Positions 1-11,132 of a stretch of DNA of 56,470 nucleotides are shown here, piece by piece. Each line of letters begins with the position of its first letter. Positions within the stretch are counted from its first letter, which is position 1. Below the pieces are notes generated by a model, which was given only the letters and a program-made list of their open reading frames with translations, made no database searches and was not told the DNA's origin. The DNA is taken from the NCBI RefSeq assembly GCF_004010195.1, contig NC_057751.1, forward strand, positions 1,255,141 through 1,311,610, in the 5' to 3' direction. The translations under genes were made by a program, and so were the position numbers. The stretch comes from Chiloscyllium plagiosum. Its lineage: Eukaryota.

Positions 1-770
1 AAAAGAGATTCCAATGATCCAAAAATGTGAATCCTTCTCCCATACACCAGCTCCTCAGCCATGCATTCATCTGCTCCATCCTCCTATTCCTGCCCTCACT
101 AGCTCGTAGCACCGGGTGTAATCCAGATATTACTACTCTCGAGGACCTGCTTTTTAAATTCCTGCCGAACTTTCTATATTCTCCCTTCAGAATCTCATCC
201 TTTTCCTTCCCTATGTCATTGGTACCAATGTGTACAATGACCTCCTGCTGATCCCTCTCCCCCTTGAGAACATTCTGCACCCTCTGAGACATCCTTGATC
301 CTGGCACCAGGGAGGCAATGCACCATTCTGATTTTTCACTGCTGGCCGCAGAAACATCTGTCTGTGCCTCTGAGAGTCCCCTGTCACAATCGATCGCTTG
401 GAACCTGACGTACCTATCATTGCATTAGAGCCAGCCTTGATACCAGAAACTTGGTTGTTGGTGCTACATTCCCCTGAGAATCCATCACCCCCTACACTTT
501 CCCAAACAGCATACTTGTTTGAAATGGGGATAGCCACAGAATACTCCTGTACTACCCACCTACCTCTCCTACCTTTCCTGGAGTTGACCCATCTACCTGG
601 CTACATCTGTGTTTTTTTTCTCCCTTCCTATAACTGCCATCTATAACATCCCCAACTCTTATAAATTCCTCAGCGCCACTAACTGTTGCACTAACCAATC
701 CATTCGAAATGACGTAATTTGCAACCAACGACATTTATTGCAGATGTAATCTTCCGTAACACACAAACCC
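1..770 (-). mobile_element. CR1-clade LINE ORF1 fragment (SGNH esterase domain), frameshifted
   Basis: The - strand gives pieces IPISNKYAV, SIVTGDS, CLPGARIKDVSE, VIVHIGTNDIG and VVISGL. These are homologous to the ORF1 at 17799-18483. Confidence 0.85.
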
Positions 771-1529
771 TCTCAAAACTCCCAAGTCGGTTTGGAAAAG
801 GTCGCATCTCATAGATTCCATTGTTTGAAGCAGTTAGCAAGTGTAAGGGAGGTACTTAGCAACAACTCGCAGCATTTAAATGGTGTCTTTGGGAATGAGG
901 GAATTTCCAGCTCGACTTCCTATATTGCGGTCACACTCCCATAGATGACCGGAAGTAAAGGGAAATGGCAGGCAAATCACCCAGGATCACCTCAACAATG
1001 ACACGGACAGGAGGCGCTGAACATCCTGCTCCCAGTCTTGTATAACAGGATCAAAGGGCTAAATGGCCTCCCCCAGCCCTTTGCATTCAATGGAGGGGCT
1101 TAATGGCCTGTGCTGAGGCATTCTGGCCTTGTGCTGCCTCTGGTCGTCAGTCTGAAGCTGAAATGGCTTCCTTGCTCCATGCTGAGTCCCTGTGCATTCG
1201 TTGGTGCTGACCTGGTGACAGGGTGGTCCAGCAGGCAGTCAATAATGATTGGGACCAGTCCACAGCTTGCTGCAGAAGGAGATGGTTCACCCTGAAACAC
1301 TCTGAGGCAGTTCAGACCAGGGACACAATCAGGAAGGTTGGATTGGCCAGTCAGCTGCTGGATAACGGGAGATTAACAGCTAACCCAGACTTCCATGGGC
1401 TCCCTATTGGGGAAAGAGGAGAACCCTGGGGAGGTAGACCGGGTACACCCTGCTGTGAGGTACTCCCAGAGTAATGGGAAGTCAGTGGGGAAGTGCAGCA
1501 TACCTTGGGAGTGTGAGATAAAAACTGGG

Positions 1530-2397
1530 AGGGAGACAGTGCAGTACACTGTGGGAGTGTGTGATATCCTGAGGGAGACACAGTCCAGGTTACTGTGGGA
1601 GTGTGTGATATCCTGAGGGAGACACAGTGCAGGACATTGTGGGATTGTGTGATATACTGAGGGGGGACACAGTGCAGGACACTGTGGGAGTGTGTGATAT
1701 ACTGAGGGAAACACAGTGCAGGACACTGTGGGAGTGCATGATATACTGAGGGAGACACAGTGCAGGACACTGTGGGAGTGTGTGATATACTGAGGGGGAC
1801 ACAGTGCAGGACACTGTGGGAGTGTGTGATATCCTGAGGGAGACACAGTGCAGGATACTGTGGGAATGTGTGATATACTGAGGGGGACACAGTGCAGGAT
1901 ACTGTGGGAGTGTGTGATATACTGAGGGGGACACAGTGCAGGACACTGTGGGAGTGTGTGATATACTGAGGGAAACAGTGCAGGATACTGTGGGAGTGTG
2001 TGATATACTGAGGGAGACACAGTGCAGGATGCTGTGGGAGTGTGTGATATACTGAGGGAAACAGTACAGGATACTGTGTGAGTGTGTGATATACTGAGGG
2101 GGGCACAGTGGAGGACACTGTGGGAGTGTGTGATATACTGAGGGAGACACAGTGCAGGACACTGTGGGAGTGTGTGATATACTGAGGAGGACACAGTGCA
2201 GGACACTGTGGGAGTGTGTGATATCCTGAGGGAGACACAGTGCAGGATATTGTGGGATGTGTGATATACTGAGGGGGGCACAGTGCAGGACACTGTGGGA
2301 GTGTGTGATATACTGAGGGGGACACAGTGCAGGACACTGTGGGAGTGTGTGATATACTGAGGGGGACACAGTCCAGGTTACTGTGGGAGTGTGTGAT
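1530..2397. repeat. Minisatellite, ~44-bp unit (gtgggagtgtgtgatatactgagggggacacagtgcaggacact), about 19 copies, running into a gap
   Basis: Direct tandem periodicity: gtgggagtgt at 1551, 1595 and onward, with minor variants. Confidence 0.95.
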
Positions 2398-2897
2398 NNN
2401 NNNNNNNNNNNNNNNNNNNNNNNNNNNNNNNNNNNNNNNNNNNNNNNNNNNNNNNNNNNNNNNNNNNNNNNNNNNNNNNNNNNNNNNNNNNNNNNNNNNN
2501 NNNNNNNNNNNNNNNNNNNNNNNNNNNNNNNNNNNNNNNNNNNNNNNNNNNNNNNNNNNNNNNNNNNNNNNNNNNNNNNNNNNNNNNNNNNNNNNNNNNN
2601 NNNNNNNNNNNNNNNNNNNNNNNNNNNNNNNNNNNNNNNNNNNNNNNNNNNNNNNNNNNNNNNNNNNNNNNNNNNNNNNNNNNNNNNNNNNNNNNNNNNN
2701 NNNNNNNNNNNNNNNNNNNNNNNNNNNNNNNNNNNNNNNNNNNNNNNNNNNNNNNNNNNNNNNNNNNNNNNNNNNNNNNNNNNNNNNNNNNNNNNNNNNN
2801 NNNNNNNNNNNNNNNNNNNNNNNNNNNNNNNNNNNNNNNNNNNNNNNNNNNNNNNNNNNNNNNNNNNNNNNNNNNNNNNNNNNNNNNNNNNNNNNNN

Positions 2898-4611
2898 ATA
2901 TCCCACCCAGTCTGATCCCATTGTCCCCACTCTCCACATTCCCTTTAATATCCCACCCAGTCTGATCCCATTGTCCCCACTCTCCACATTCCCTTTAATA
3001 TCCCACCCAGTCTGATCCCATTGTCCCCACTCTCCACATTCCCTTTAATATCCCACCCAGTCTGATCCCATTGTCCCCACTCTCCACATTCCCTTTAATA
3101 TCCCACCCAGTCTGATCCCATTGTCCCCACTCTCCACATTCCCTTTAATATCCCACCCAGTCTGATCCCATTGTCCCCACTCTCCACATTCCCTTTAATA
3201 TCCCACCCAGTCTGATCCCATTGTCCCCACTCTCCACATTCCCTTTAATATCCCACCCAGTCTGATCCCATTGTCCCCACTCTCCACATTCCCTTTAATA
3301 TCCCACCCAGTCTGATCCCATTGTCCCCACTCTCCACATTCCCTTTAATATCCCACCCAGTCTGATCCCATTGTCCCCACTCTCCACATTCCCTTTAATA
3401 TCCCACCCAGTCTGATCCCATTGTCCCCACTCTCCACATTCCCTTTAATATCCCACCCAGTCTGATCCCATTGTCCCCACTCTCCACATTCCCTTTAATA
3501 TCCCACCCAGTCTGATCCCATTGTCCCCACTCTCCACATTCCCTTTAATATCCCACCCAGTCTGATCCCATTGTCCCCACTCTCCACATTCCCTTTAATA
3601 TCCCACCCAGTCTGATCCCATTGTCCCCACTCTCCACATTCCCTTTAATATCCCACCCAGTCTGATCCCATTGTCCCCACTCTCCACATTCCCTTTAATA
3701 TCCCACCCAGTCTGATCCCATTGTCCCCACTCTCCACATTCCCTTTAATATCCCACCCAGTCTGATCCCATTGTCCCCACTCTCCACATTCCCTTTAATA
3801 TCCCACCCAGTCTGATCCCATTGTCCCCACTCTCCACATTCCCTTTAATATCCCACCCAGTCTGATCCCATTGTCCCCACTCTCCACATTCCCTTTAATA
3901 TCCCACCCAGTCTGATCCCATTGTCCCCACTCTCCACATTCCCTTTAATATCCCACCCAGTCTGATCCCATTGTCCCCACTCTCCACATTCCCTTTAATA
4001 TCCCACCCAGTCTGATCCCATTGTCCCCACTCTCCACATTCCCTTTAATATCCCACCCAGTCTGATCCCATTGTCCCCACTCTCCACATTCCCTTTAATA
4101 TCCCACCCAGTCTGATCCCATTGTCCCCACTCTCCACATTCCCTTTAATATCCCACCCAGTCTGATCCCATTGTCCCCACTCTCCACATTCCCTTTAATA
4201 TCCCACCCAGTCTGATCCCATTGTCCCCACTCTCCACATTCCCTTTAATATCCCACCCAGTCTGATCCCATTGTCCCCACTCTCCACATTCCCTTTAATA
4301 TCCCACCCAGTCTGATCCCATTGTCCCCACTCTCCACATTCCCTTTAATATCCCACCCAGTCTGATCCCATTGTCCCCACTCTCCACATTCCCTTTAATA
4401 TCCCACCCAGTCTGATCCCATTGTCCCCACTCTCCACATTCCCTTTAATATCCCACCCAGTCTGAGTTCTCTCTCTCCACATTCCCTTTAATATCCCACC
4501 CAGTCTGATCCCACTCTCTCCTCACTCCCTTTAATATCCCACCCAGTCTGATCCCACTCTCTCCTCACTCCCTTTAATATCCCACCCAGTCTGATCCCAC
4601 TCTCTCCTCAC
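2898..4611. repeat. 50-bp tandem repeat (atatcccacccagtctgatcccattgtccccactctccacattcccttta), about 31 identical copies then shorter degenerate copies
   Basis: Exact period of 50 from 2898 to about 4465, then variant units to about 4611. Confidence 0.97.
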
Positions 4612-4881
4612 ATCTCTCCTTTCTAGACCGCTACCTTTTTTGCACTCACCCATTTGTCGTGGGCAGCCATGCCTATGCTGTGAAAGGTGGGCATTATACC
4701 TCTCTCATCTCCCATGTCCTTTCAGAGACAGTAAGAAAGCTTTTTTAATATGTCAGGCTGCTCGGTTAATATCTCTTCATGAGTCTCAGTGCCTGATTGA
4801 ATGCCTGCAGACTATCCCGGGATATGTGAGCAGACAGACCATGCCGGAGCCTGGGGAATGCGGGATTACTGTCAGACTTAC

Positions 4882-5045
4882 CACACACCAGTTGGCTTTC
4901 CTTCAGGTCCCTGAACGGCTGCCTCCTTAGTGCCCGAGGATAGGCACAGAGGGTGTCCTTGGAGATGCGTACCAGCCTTCTCTGCTGCCAGTTCAGGACC
5001 CACCGCATGTTACAGTCACAAATCAGGAATTCTGTGTTGAAGTCA
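4882..5045 (-). CDS. ADGRA2: ADGRA2 LRR C-terminal cap exon (putative exon 6)
   Basis: ttttccacacag|T GAC TTC AAC...GTG TGT G|gtaagt, 164 bp. It encodes DFNTEFLICDCNMRWVLNWQQRRLVRISKDTLCAYPRALRRQPFRDLKESQLVC, with the LRRCT cysteine pattern. It ends in phase 1 and joins exon 44071 as G+AT = Asp. Confidence 0.93.
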
Positions 5046-6262
5046 CTGTGTGGAAAAGCACAACAGGTTCTGTCATTTCAGGGAGACTGATCTTTCCCTT
5101 CAAACTTCACCCTGGCACTCAGGTGCCCTCTGCTCAGCTGAAGGGTCTGGAATGTGTTGGGCATTGGTCAGAGCAGTTCCCCCTTAGTCACTACTTGACA
5201 CAAACCGAACCAGCTGACTCTGGGCTAGGAAGTGAGTGATGTGACAGTGACCCTCAGGCAGGGGGTGAGGGCAAGTACCTCTGACAGTGTACCTCTGCCT
5301 GCCGGGTGCTGATGGTGATGATACCACCGAGAAGGTGCCCAGGCATTCACCACAGCCTGCAGTGTGAGGAATATGGACCAGCTATACACCAAAGCTCAGC
5401 CCCTGTAACACACAAGGCCTAGTCTCTCCCTCCACAGACACTGCCATAGCTCCTGAGTTTCTCCAGCATTTTCTGTTTCTCTTTCAGATCTGTCTTTCCT
5501 CCACTCAGCACACAAAGGACCAGGAACTAACATGGTCTTTAACTGAAGGCTGTGATTCAGTTCACCTTCTCACCAGCCATACTGTCCTTAGTAATGTACA
5601 ATGGGCTGCTGTTTGTTACTATTACAGAGAGGATAACTTCAGGCAACTTTGGAGGCTGAATACAGTTGGAGTAAAGGCTCACTGTTTCTGCCCTTGAGAT
5701 GGAGCAGAGATGAATGAAAGGTGTGACACTGCCATCTCTGGAGGAGGGGTGTCATTACAGCGTGACGTGTTTACATAAGCAGTGCCCATTCTAAACGCTG
5801 TCCTGGTGATTTCTGAAGCCAAGGGTTGATCTAGACTTGCTCCAGCAGGAATTGAGATTTTGTTGGAAGCAAGTGAAATGGGAGTTACAATTTTTAACAC
5901 ATGAATCTGCTTAGGTTGCCATGATACAGTTGTCAGGAAACCCCGACGTAAACACAAGCTGATCTGTGTGAGGTTTACTCTCTGATTTCTCCCATCTGAA
6001 ATGTTCCTGGACTAGCTGGCTACTCCTTGATCCCTAACAGGAGTGATCCAGTCGTTCAGATCATGGTACAGCACAGTCGGAACTGTACCATGGTCGGGGC
6101 AATGAGAGTGCTGAGCCCAGAACAGAGGCTGACAGAAGGGAAATGAAAGAGCAAGAGGAATTTAATGCAAGGTTTGTGAAGGTTTGTAGCTCAGGTTGAG
6201 GTTTAGGGTGTAGGTTTGCTCGCTGATATCCAGGAATTTAATCCAATCGCTATCATACTCAC

Positions 6263-6334
6263 ACCACTTTCAACGAGAGCAAGGCAGTGAAGAGCTCTGG
6301 ATGGAGAGTGGAGAAGATGTTTCCTGACAGATTC
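6263..6334 (-). CDS. ADGRA2: ADGRA2 LRR exon (putative exon 5)
   Basis: attctttctccag|G AAT CTG TCA GGA AAC ATC TTC...AAA GTG GT|gtgagt. It is 72 bp and encodes NLSGNIFSTLHPELFTALLSLKVV; recalled human [24 protein letters not shown]. Confidence 0.93.
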
Positions 6335-6649
6335 CTGGAGAAAGAATCAGCTGTGAGAGATCCTGACAACAATAAGAGGAAGGTGGACAATTTAACACAC
6401 ACAGTACAGGATCCTGAGCTCCTCCAGCTCTCTTAGCCCATCAGACCTGAACACAGCTCCAATTCTGGCCCCTTGTACATTCCCAGCACTATTAACCACT
6501 GCACTACACCATTATTTCCCTCAGCTACCTGGGATATCACACTGCTGATACCATTTCAATCCTTCAGCTCTCTCTCCTCGGATACACCTTCACATCAAGC
6601 TCTTTATTCAGCTTTCACAAGAACACCAGAACTGAGAGCAGCAAGTGGC

Positions 6650-6910
6650 CATTCTCCCCGTGTCTGCGTGGGTTTCCTCCCACAATCCAAAGATGAGCAT
6701 GTTAGATGGAATGGCCATGCTAAACTTCTGTTCGTGAGACACAGAGCCTCATGAAGAGACATAGTGTTCAGGGATGTGCAGGCTAACTGCATTAGCCTTG
6801 GGAAATTCAGGGATACAGGGATTGGATGGGGGGGTGGGTCTGGGTGGGATGGGGGGATAGTGCAGACTCAATGGGCCAAATAGACTCTTTACGCACTGCA
6901 GGAATTCTGT
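6650..6910 (+). mobile_element. 5'-truncated, diverged HE1-like SINE
   Basis: cattctccccgtgtctgcgtgggtttcct...ggccatgctaaa...gggtctgggtggga is shared with the SINE at 36888-37215. Confidence 0.7.
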
Positions 6911-7685
6911 GGGAGGCCACGGAGGAACACCTTTTTTTTCCTTTCATTCACAGGATGAGGCATTGCTGGCCAAGTCAGCATTTATTACCCATCCCTAATT
7001 GCCCAGAGGGTAGTTCAGAGCCAACCCCATCGCTGTGGAGTTACATGTAGACCTGACTGGGGAAGGATGGCAGGTGCCTTCCCGAAAGGACATGAGTGAC
7101 AACAGTTTCATGGTCATCCTGAGACTCTTAATCCCAGAATGCTTGAAAAATTGAATTCAAATTCAACCTCCCACCCTCCATCACCATGTGGTGAAATTAA
7201 TAACTGAAAAGCTCCCCTCTTTGAGAGTAAACACCCTCAATCACCCGTGGGCGCTGGCTGATGCCAGGGATGGTGCCAGGTACACACTCAGGTAGGCCAG
7301 GTGACCCATCACTCTCCCTCTGCTGCTTCCATTTACACCAGCTAATCTCTCACCTTTCACCTTTTCCTTCCAGAGTGACTATTCAGTCTGTCTTCACTAC
7401 TCTTACAGACTGAGTGTTTCACATCAAAACAAGTGTATTTATTCCTCCTTCTGTCTCTCTTCCACCAAAGCCCTTCAGTCCATGCTCCTCCACCTTCCCC
7501 AACTGGTCACAGTCCCTCCTTATTGACTCAACTAAACCCCTGGATGATGAGAAGCGATTAGCTCGGCTCAATCTTTTCTGAACCTCTCTGACAAGGAGGT
7601 AAACTGGTGTTGTCAGAGAGAGCACACCATTGAAGAGGAGGAAGACAAGTTGAATGGGCTCAACTGGGGTCTCCCAGATACTCAC

Positions 7686-7757
7686 AGTCTGGTCAGGTTG
7701 GTCAGGTTCTGGAACATGGCCGGCTTCAAGCATCCAATTCGGTTGTTGGACAGGTCT
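7686..7757 (-). CDS. ADGRA2: ADGRA2 LRR exon (putative exon 4)
   Basis: ttgaaatcacag|A GAC CTG TCC AAC AAC CGA ATT GGA TGC...ACC AGA CT|gtgagt. It is 72 bp and encodes [24 protein letters not shown]; recalled human [24 protein letters not shown]. Confidence 0.93.
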
Positions 7758-8184
7758 CTGTGATTTCAAAAACAAACCGCGCTGCATTAACGCAATACTC
7801 TGCAGTTTCACACAATCCAATCACAGTCTGAAAGATGGACCAATGTCCAGGGCACTGCCAACACAAAAAGGACCAACCACCCACGTAGGTCACCAGGAAG
7901 CACGTCTGCCGAGTTCACAAGGTGGGATAGAGGTCACTCACCGGACATCAAACTGGGAGGAGAGAGGGAACACTGATCTGTTAAAGACAAGGGGTCCCTG
8001 AGAAATGGATGGAAAAGCTGAGGCAGGATCGAGGGCCATTTCTGAAGAGATGCTTGGGAGGTTTGGATAAAAAGCCACACTAAGGACCATTGATGAATGA
8101 AGAAATGCTGGCTTTCAATTTGATACTTCTGTTAAAGAGAGAGAGATACTCAGCAAGGCTGTCCTGACATGTCAAATATGTGAC

Positions 8185-8705
8185 CTCATTCAAGTTTATA
8201 AAATCACAAAAGGCATTGACAGGGCAAATAGCCAAAGTCTTACTCCCAGGGTAGGGGAATGGTGAAGGAGGCGTTTGGCAATACAGACTTACCTTTATTG
8301 GTCAGAGTACTGAGTACAGGAGTTGGGAGGTCATGTTGCAGCTGTACAGGACATTGGTTAGGCCACTGTTGGAATATTGTGTGCAATTCTGGTCTCCTTC
8401 CTCTCGGAAAGATGTTGCGAAACTTGAAAGGGTTTAAGATTTACAAGGATGTTGCCAGGGTTGGAGGATTTGAGCTATTGGGAGAGGCTGAACAGGCTGG
8501 GCTGTTTTCCCTGGAGCGTCGGAGGCTGAGGGGTTTACAAAATTATGAGGGGCATGGATAGGATAAATAGGCAAAGTCTTTTCCCTGGGGTGGGGGAGTC
8601 TAGAACTAGAGGGCATAGGTTTAGGGTGAGAGAGGAAAGATATAAAAGAGCCCGGGTTGGACCGAAGGGTCTGTTTCCATGCTGTACATCTCTATGAATC
8701 TATGT
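8185..8705 (+). mobile_element. CR1-clade LINE 3' fragments (end of RT plus 3' tail)
   Basis: Contains LFSLERRRLRG-type coding remnants and ttggaccgaagggtctgtttccatgctgta, ending in a ctatg-type tail. Confidence 0.85.
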
Positions 8706-8969
8706 TAAAAGTGAGGAGAGCTCTTTCCCAGCAGTGAACAGAATAGTGGCAGTGTGGAGGGTTCGATGTCTGGGAGGGATGTGAACAGTGCTGTTCTCCC
8801 AGGTCACTGCTGAAATGGTGATGCCCAGCACACAGCCACGAGTTGGTGACAGGATGACCTGCACACACAGTAACGGAGGACGATTCCAGCCACAGGAATT
8901 CCAGCAGTTCAGTCAGTCTGAGGGATGGGCTTCCCAAACATCAGGTGGTAGATCAAAACCAACAGAACA

Positions 8970-9565
8970 GCTGATGTTGGAAATCAGAAACAAAAACAAC
9001 TTGTTGGAAAAGCTCAGCAGGTCTGGCAGCATCCGTGAGGAGAAATCAGAGGTAACGCTTCGGGTCCAGTGACACTTCCACAGAACTGATGGTAACTGGG
9101 AAAAGGGCAGTTTATATGCAGGAGATAGGATAGGGGAAGGGATAAGGAGTAAATGATTGGTGGAGATAAGAGAACAGTTGGGCAGACCAAGGAGTGGAGA
9201 ATGTTCTGGCTGGGAGGGTCATGGGTTTGAACTCCCCCATGTCTGAGACCTCTACCCCACACGCTAGGCCTTGTTATCACAGTCTGCCATTACACATCAC
9301 CTAATGTAAGTCACTAAAAGTCCCCATGAACAGCTATTCACCCTCCCAGACAGATGGCAATCCAGATCTGGCCAACCATTCTCTCCCTTTGGATTTTATC
9401 CCCACCGATCATTTACTCCCTGTCTCCTCTCCCACCCTATCTCCTGCATATAAACCTACATTTTCCCAGTTACTATCAATTCTGAGGAAGGGTCACTGGA
9501 CCCGAAACGTTACCTCTGATTTCTCTTCACGGATGCTGCCAGACCTGCTGAGCTTCTGTTTTTGG
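8970..9565. mobile_element. Penelope-derived element with inverted arms, each carrying a hammerhead-like core
   Basis: About 9010-9090 is the reverse complement of about 9475-9555 (agctcagcaggtctggcagcatccgtga.gagaaatcagaggtaacg.ttcgggtccagtgac). The right arm has CTGAGGA-A-GGGTC-ACTG-GACCC-GAAA-CGTT at 9482-9511. Confidence 0.8.
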
Positions 9566-10151
9566 ACCAGGTGATACATGTTGGGTGTAACAGGCGGGAA
9601 CAAAACTGTGCACAAAATCCCCAAAGATCCAAACAAGTGACAATGTGAGACAGCATGTCTGACCAACACACACACACACACACATACACACAGAATAGAG
9701 GAGCTGGGAAATAAGGGCATCCACATCAAAGTCAAAATCAAAACAAGGAACTGCAGATGCTGAGGGACATACAGAGGCTGTCCAGCGTTATCATGTTAAA
9801 ACCAGAGACAGGGATGACAGATGAAACTTTCAGCATTAAGAGAAGACTGCCCTTTCAGAAGGTGCTGCTGGCCTAGCTCCTGGGTCAGCAACAGTCCGTG
9901 TGCTGCTCCATCTCCCCAGGGAACTGAGCTCTGACACCCTGCAATATCCTCCCCATCCTCAGCCAGTGTAACATCCCCTTTCTCAACATGCCTGGGGACT
10001 CCTCATAGACAGCAGTCCCCAGGAGTGAGTGAGTGTGTGTGTGTGCGTGTGACCCACTCCCCTCTCGTGCAGCCAGCCCAGGGTGGCTTTCAGGAGGTCG
10101 GGAGATCAGGGACACCTCTCCCATGACAACAAAGGAGTGAGAGTTACTTAC

Positions 10152-10223
10152 AGGCGTCGGAGAGCTGGCAGACCCTGGAACGCTCCAGGTTGGATGGTGC
10201 TGATCAGATTATTCTTCAAATCC
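10152..10223 (-). CDS. ADGRA2: ADGRA2 LRR exon (putative exon 3), copy B of a tandem duplication
   Basis: The - strand reads tgtgtcttttcctgcag|G GAT TTG AAG...CGC CT|gtaagt. It encodes the same peptide as 11061-11132, with one synonymous difference (Gly GGA vs GGG). The offset is 909 bp. Confidence 0.88.
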
Positions 10224-10431
10224 CTGCAGGAAAAGACACAAACAGTGCCAATGAGAACAAGACAGAACCTGCAACCCCACAAACTCAGGCTGATCCCCTG
10301 CTGGATTCATGACCGTTCCACCATTCCTGTCCTTCCTTCATCAGTTCAAACCCCCAATGTCTGGGGACTGTCCCACAGATTAACAAGGAACGGCTAGCAG
10401 CTGGAACTAGGAGGGGATAGTATGGGATGGG

Positions 10432-10975
10432 TCAGTCTCACTCTGTCCCCCACATTCTCAGTGACAGCGATGGCTCAGTCTCACGCTGTCCCCAACATTC
10501 TCAGTGACAGCGATGGCTCAGTCTCGCTCTGTCCCCCACATTCGCAGTGACAGCGATGGCTCAGTCTCTCTCTGTCCCCCACATTCTCAGTGACAGCGAT
10601 GGCTCAGTCTCACTCTGTCCCCCACATTCTCAGTGACAGCGATGGCTCAGTCTCGCTCTGTCCCCCACATTCTCAGTGACAGCGATGGCTCAGTCTCACT
10701 CTGTCCCCCACATTCTCAGTGACAGCGATGGCTCAGTCTCACTCTGACCCCCACATTCTCAGTGACAGCGATGGCTCAGTCTCACTCTGACCCCCACATT
10801 CTCAGTGACAGCGATGGCTCAGTCTCACTCTGACCCCCACATTCTCAGTGACAGCGATGGCTCAGTCTCACTCTGACCCCCACATTCTCAGTGACAGCGA
10901 TGGCTCAGTCTCACTCTGACCCCCACATTCTCAGTGACAGCGATGGCTCAGTCTCACTCTGACCCCCACATTCTC
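10432..10975. repeat. 43-bp minisatellite (tcagtctcactctgtcccccacattctcagtgacagcgatggc), about 12.5 copies
   Basis: Period 43 (10432, 10475 and onward). A single unit is also present at 11341-11382. Confidence 0.95.
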
Positions 10976-11060
10976 GTGCAGCCAGCCCAGGGTGGCTTTC
11001 AGGAGGTCGGGAGATCAGGGACACCTCTCCCATGACAACAAAGGAGTGAGAGTTACTTAC

Positions 11061-11132
11061 AGGCGTCGGAGAGCTGGCAGACCCTGGAACGCCCCAGGTT
11101 GGATGGTGCTGATCAGATTATTCTTCAAATCC
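11061..11132 (-). CDS. ADGRA2: ADGRA2 LRR exon (putative exon 3), copy A of a tandem duplication
   Basis: The - strand reads tgtgtctgttcctgcag|G GAT TTG AAG AAT AAT CTG ATC...CGA CGC CT|gtaagt. It is 72 bp, phase 2-2, and encodes DLKNNLISTIQPGAFQGLPALRRL, matching the recalled human GPR124 LRR [24 protein letters not shown]. Confidence 0.9.

Noticed and set aside
1351..2987. Long His/Cys/Pro-rich ORFs of 306-528 aa
   Set aside because: They are translations of the 44-bp minisatellite and of N runs.
1530..4611. Regular arrays as possible CRISPR loci (also 10432-10975 and 24928-25821)
   Set aside because: The units are contiguous with no unique spacers, there are no cas genes, and the context is vertebrate intron.
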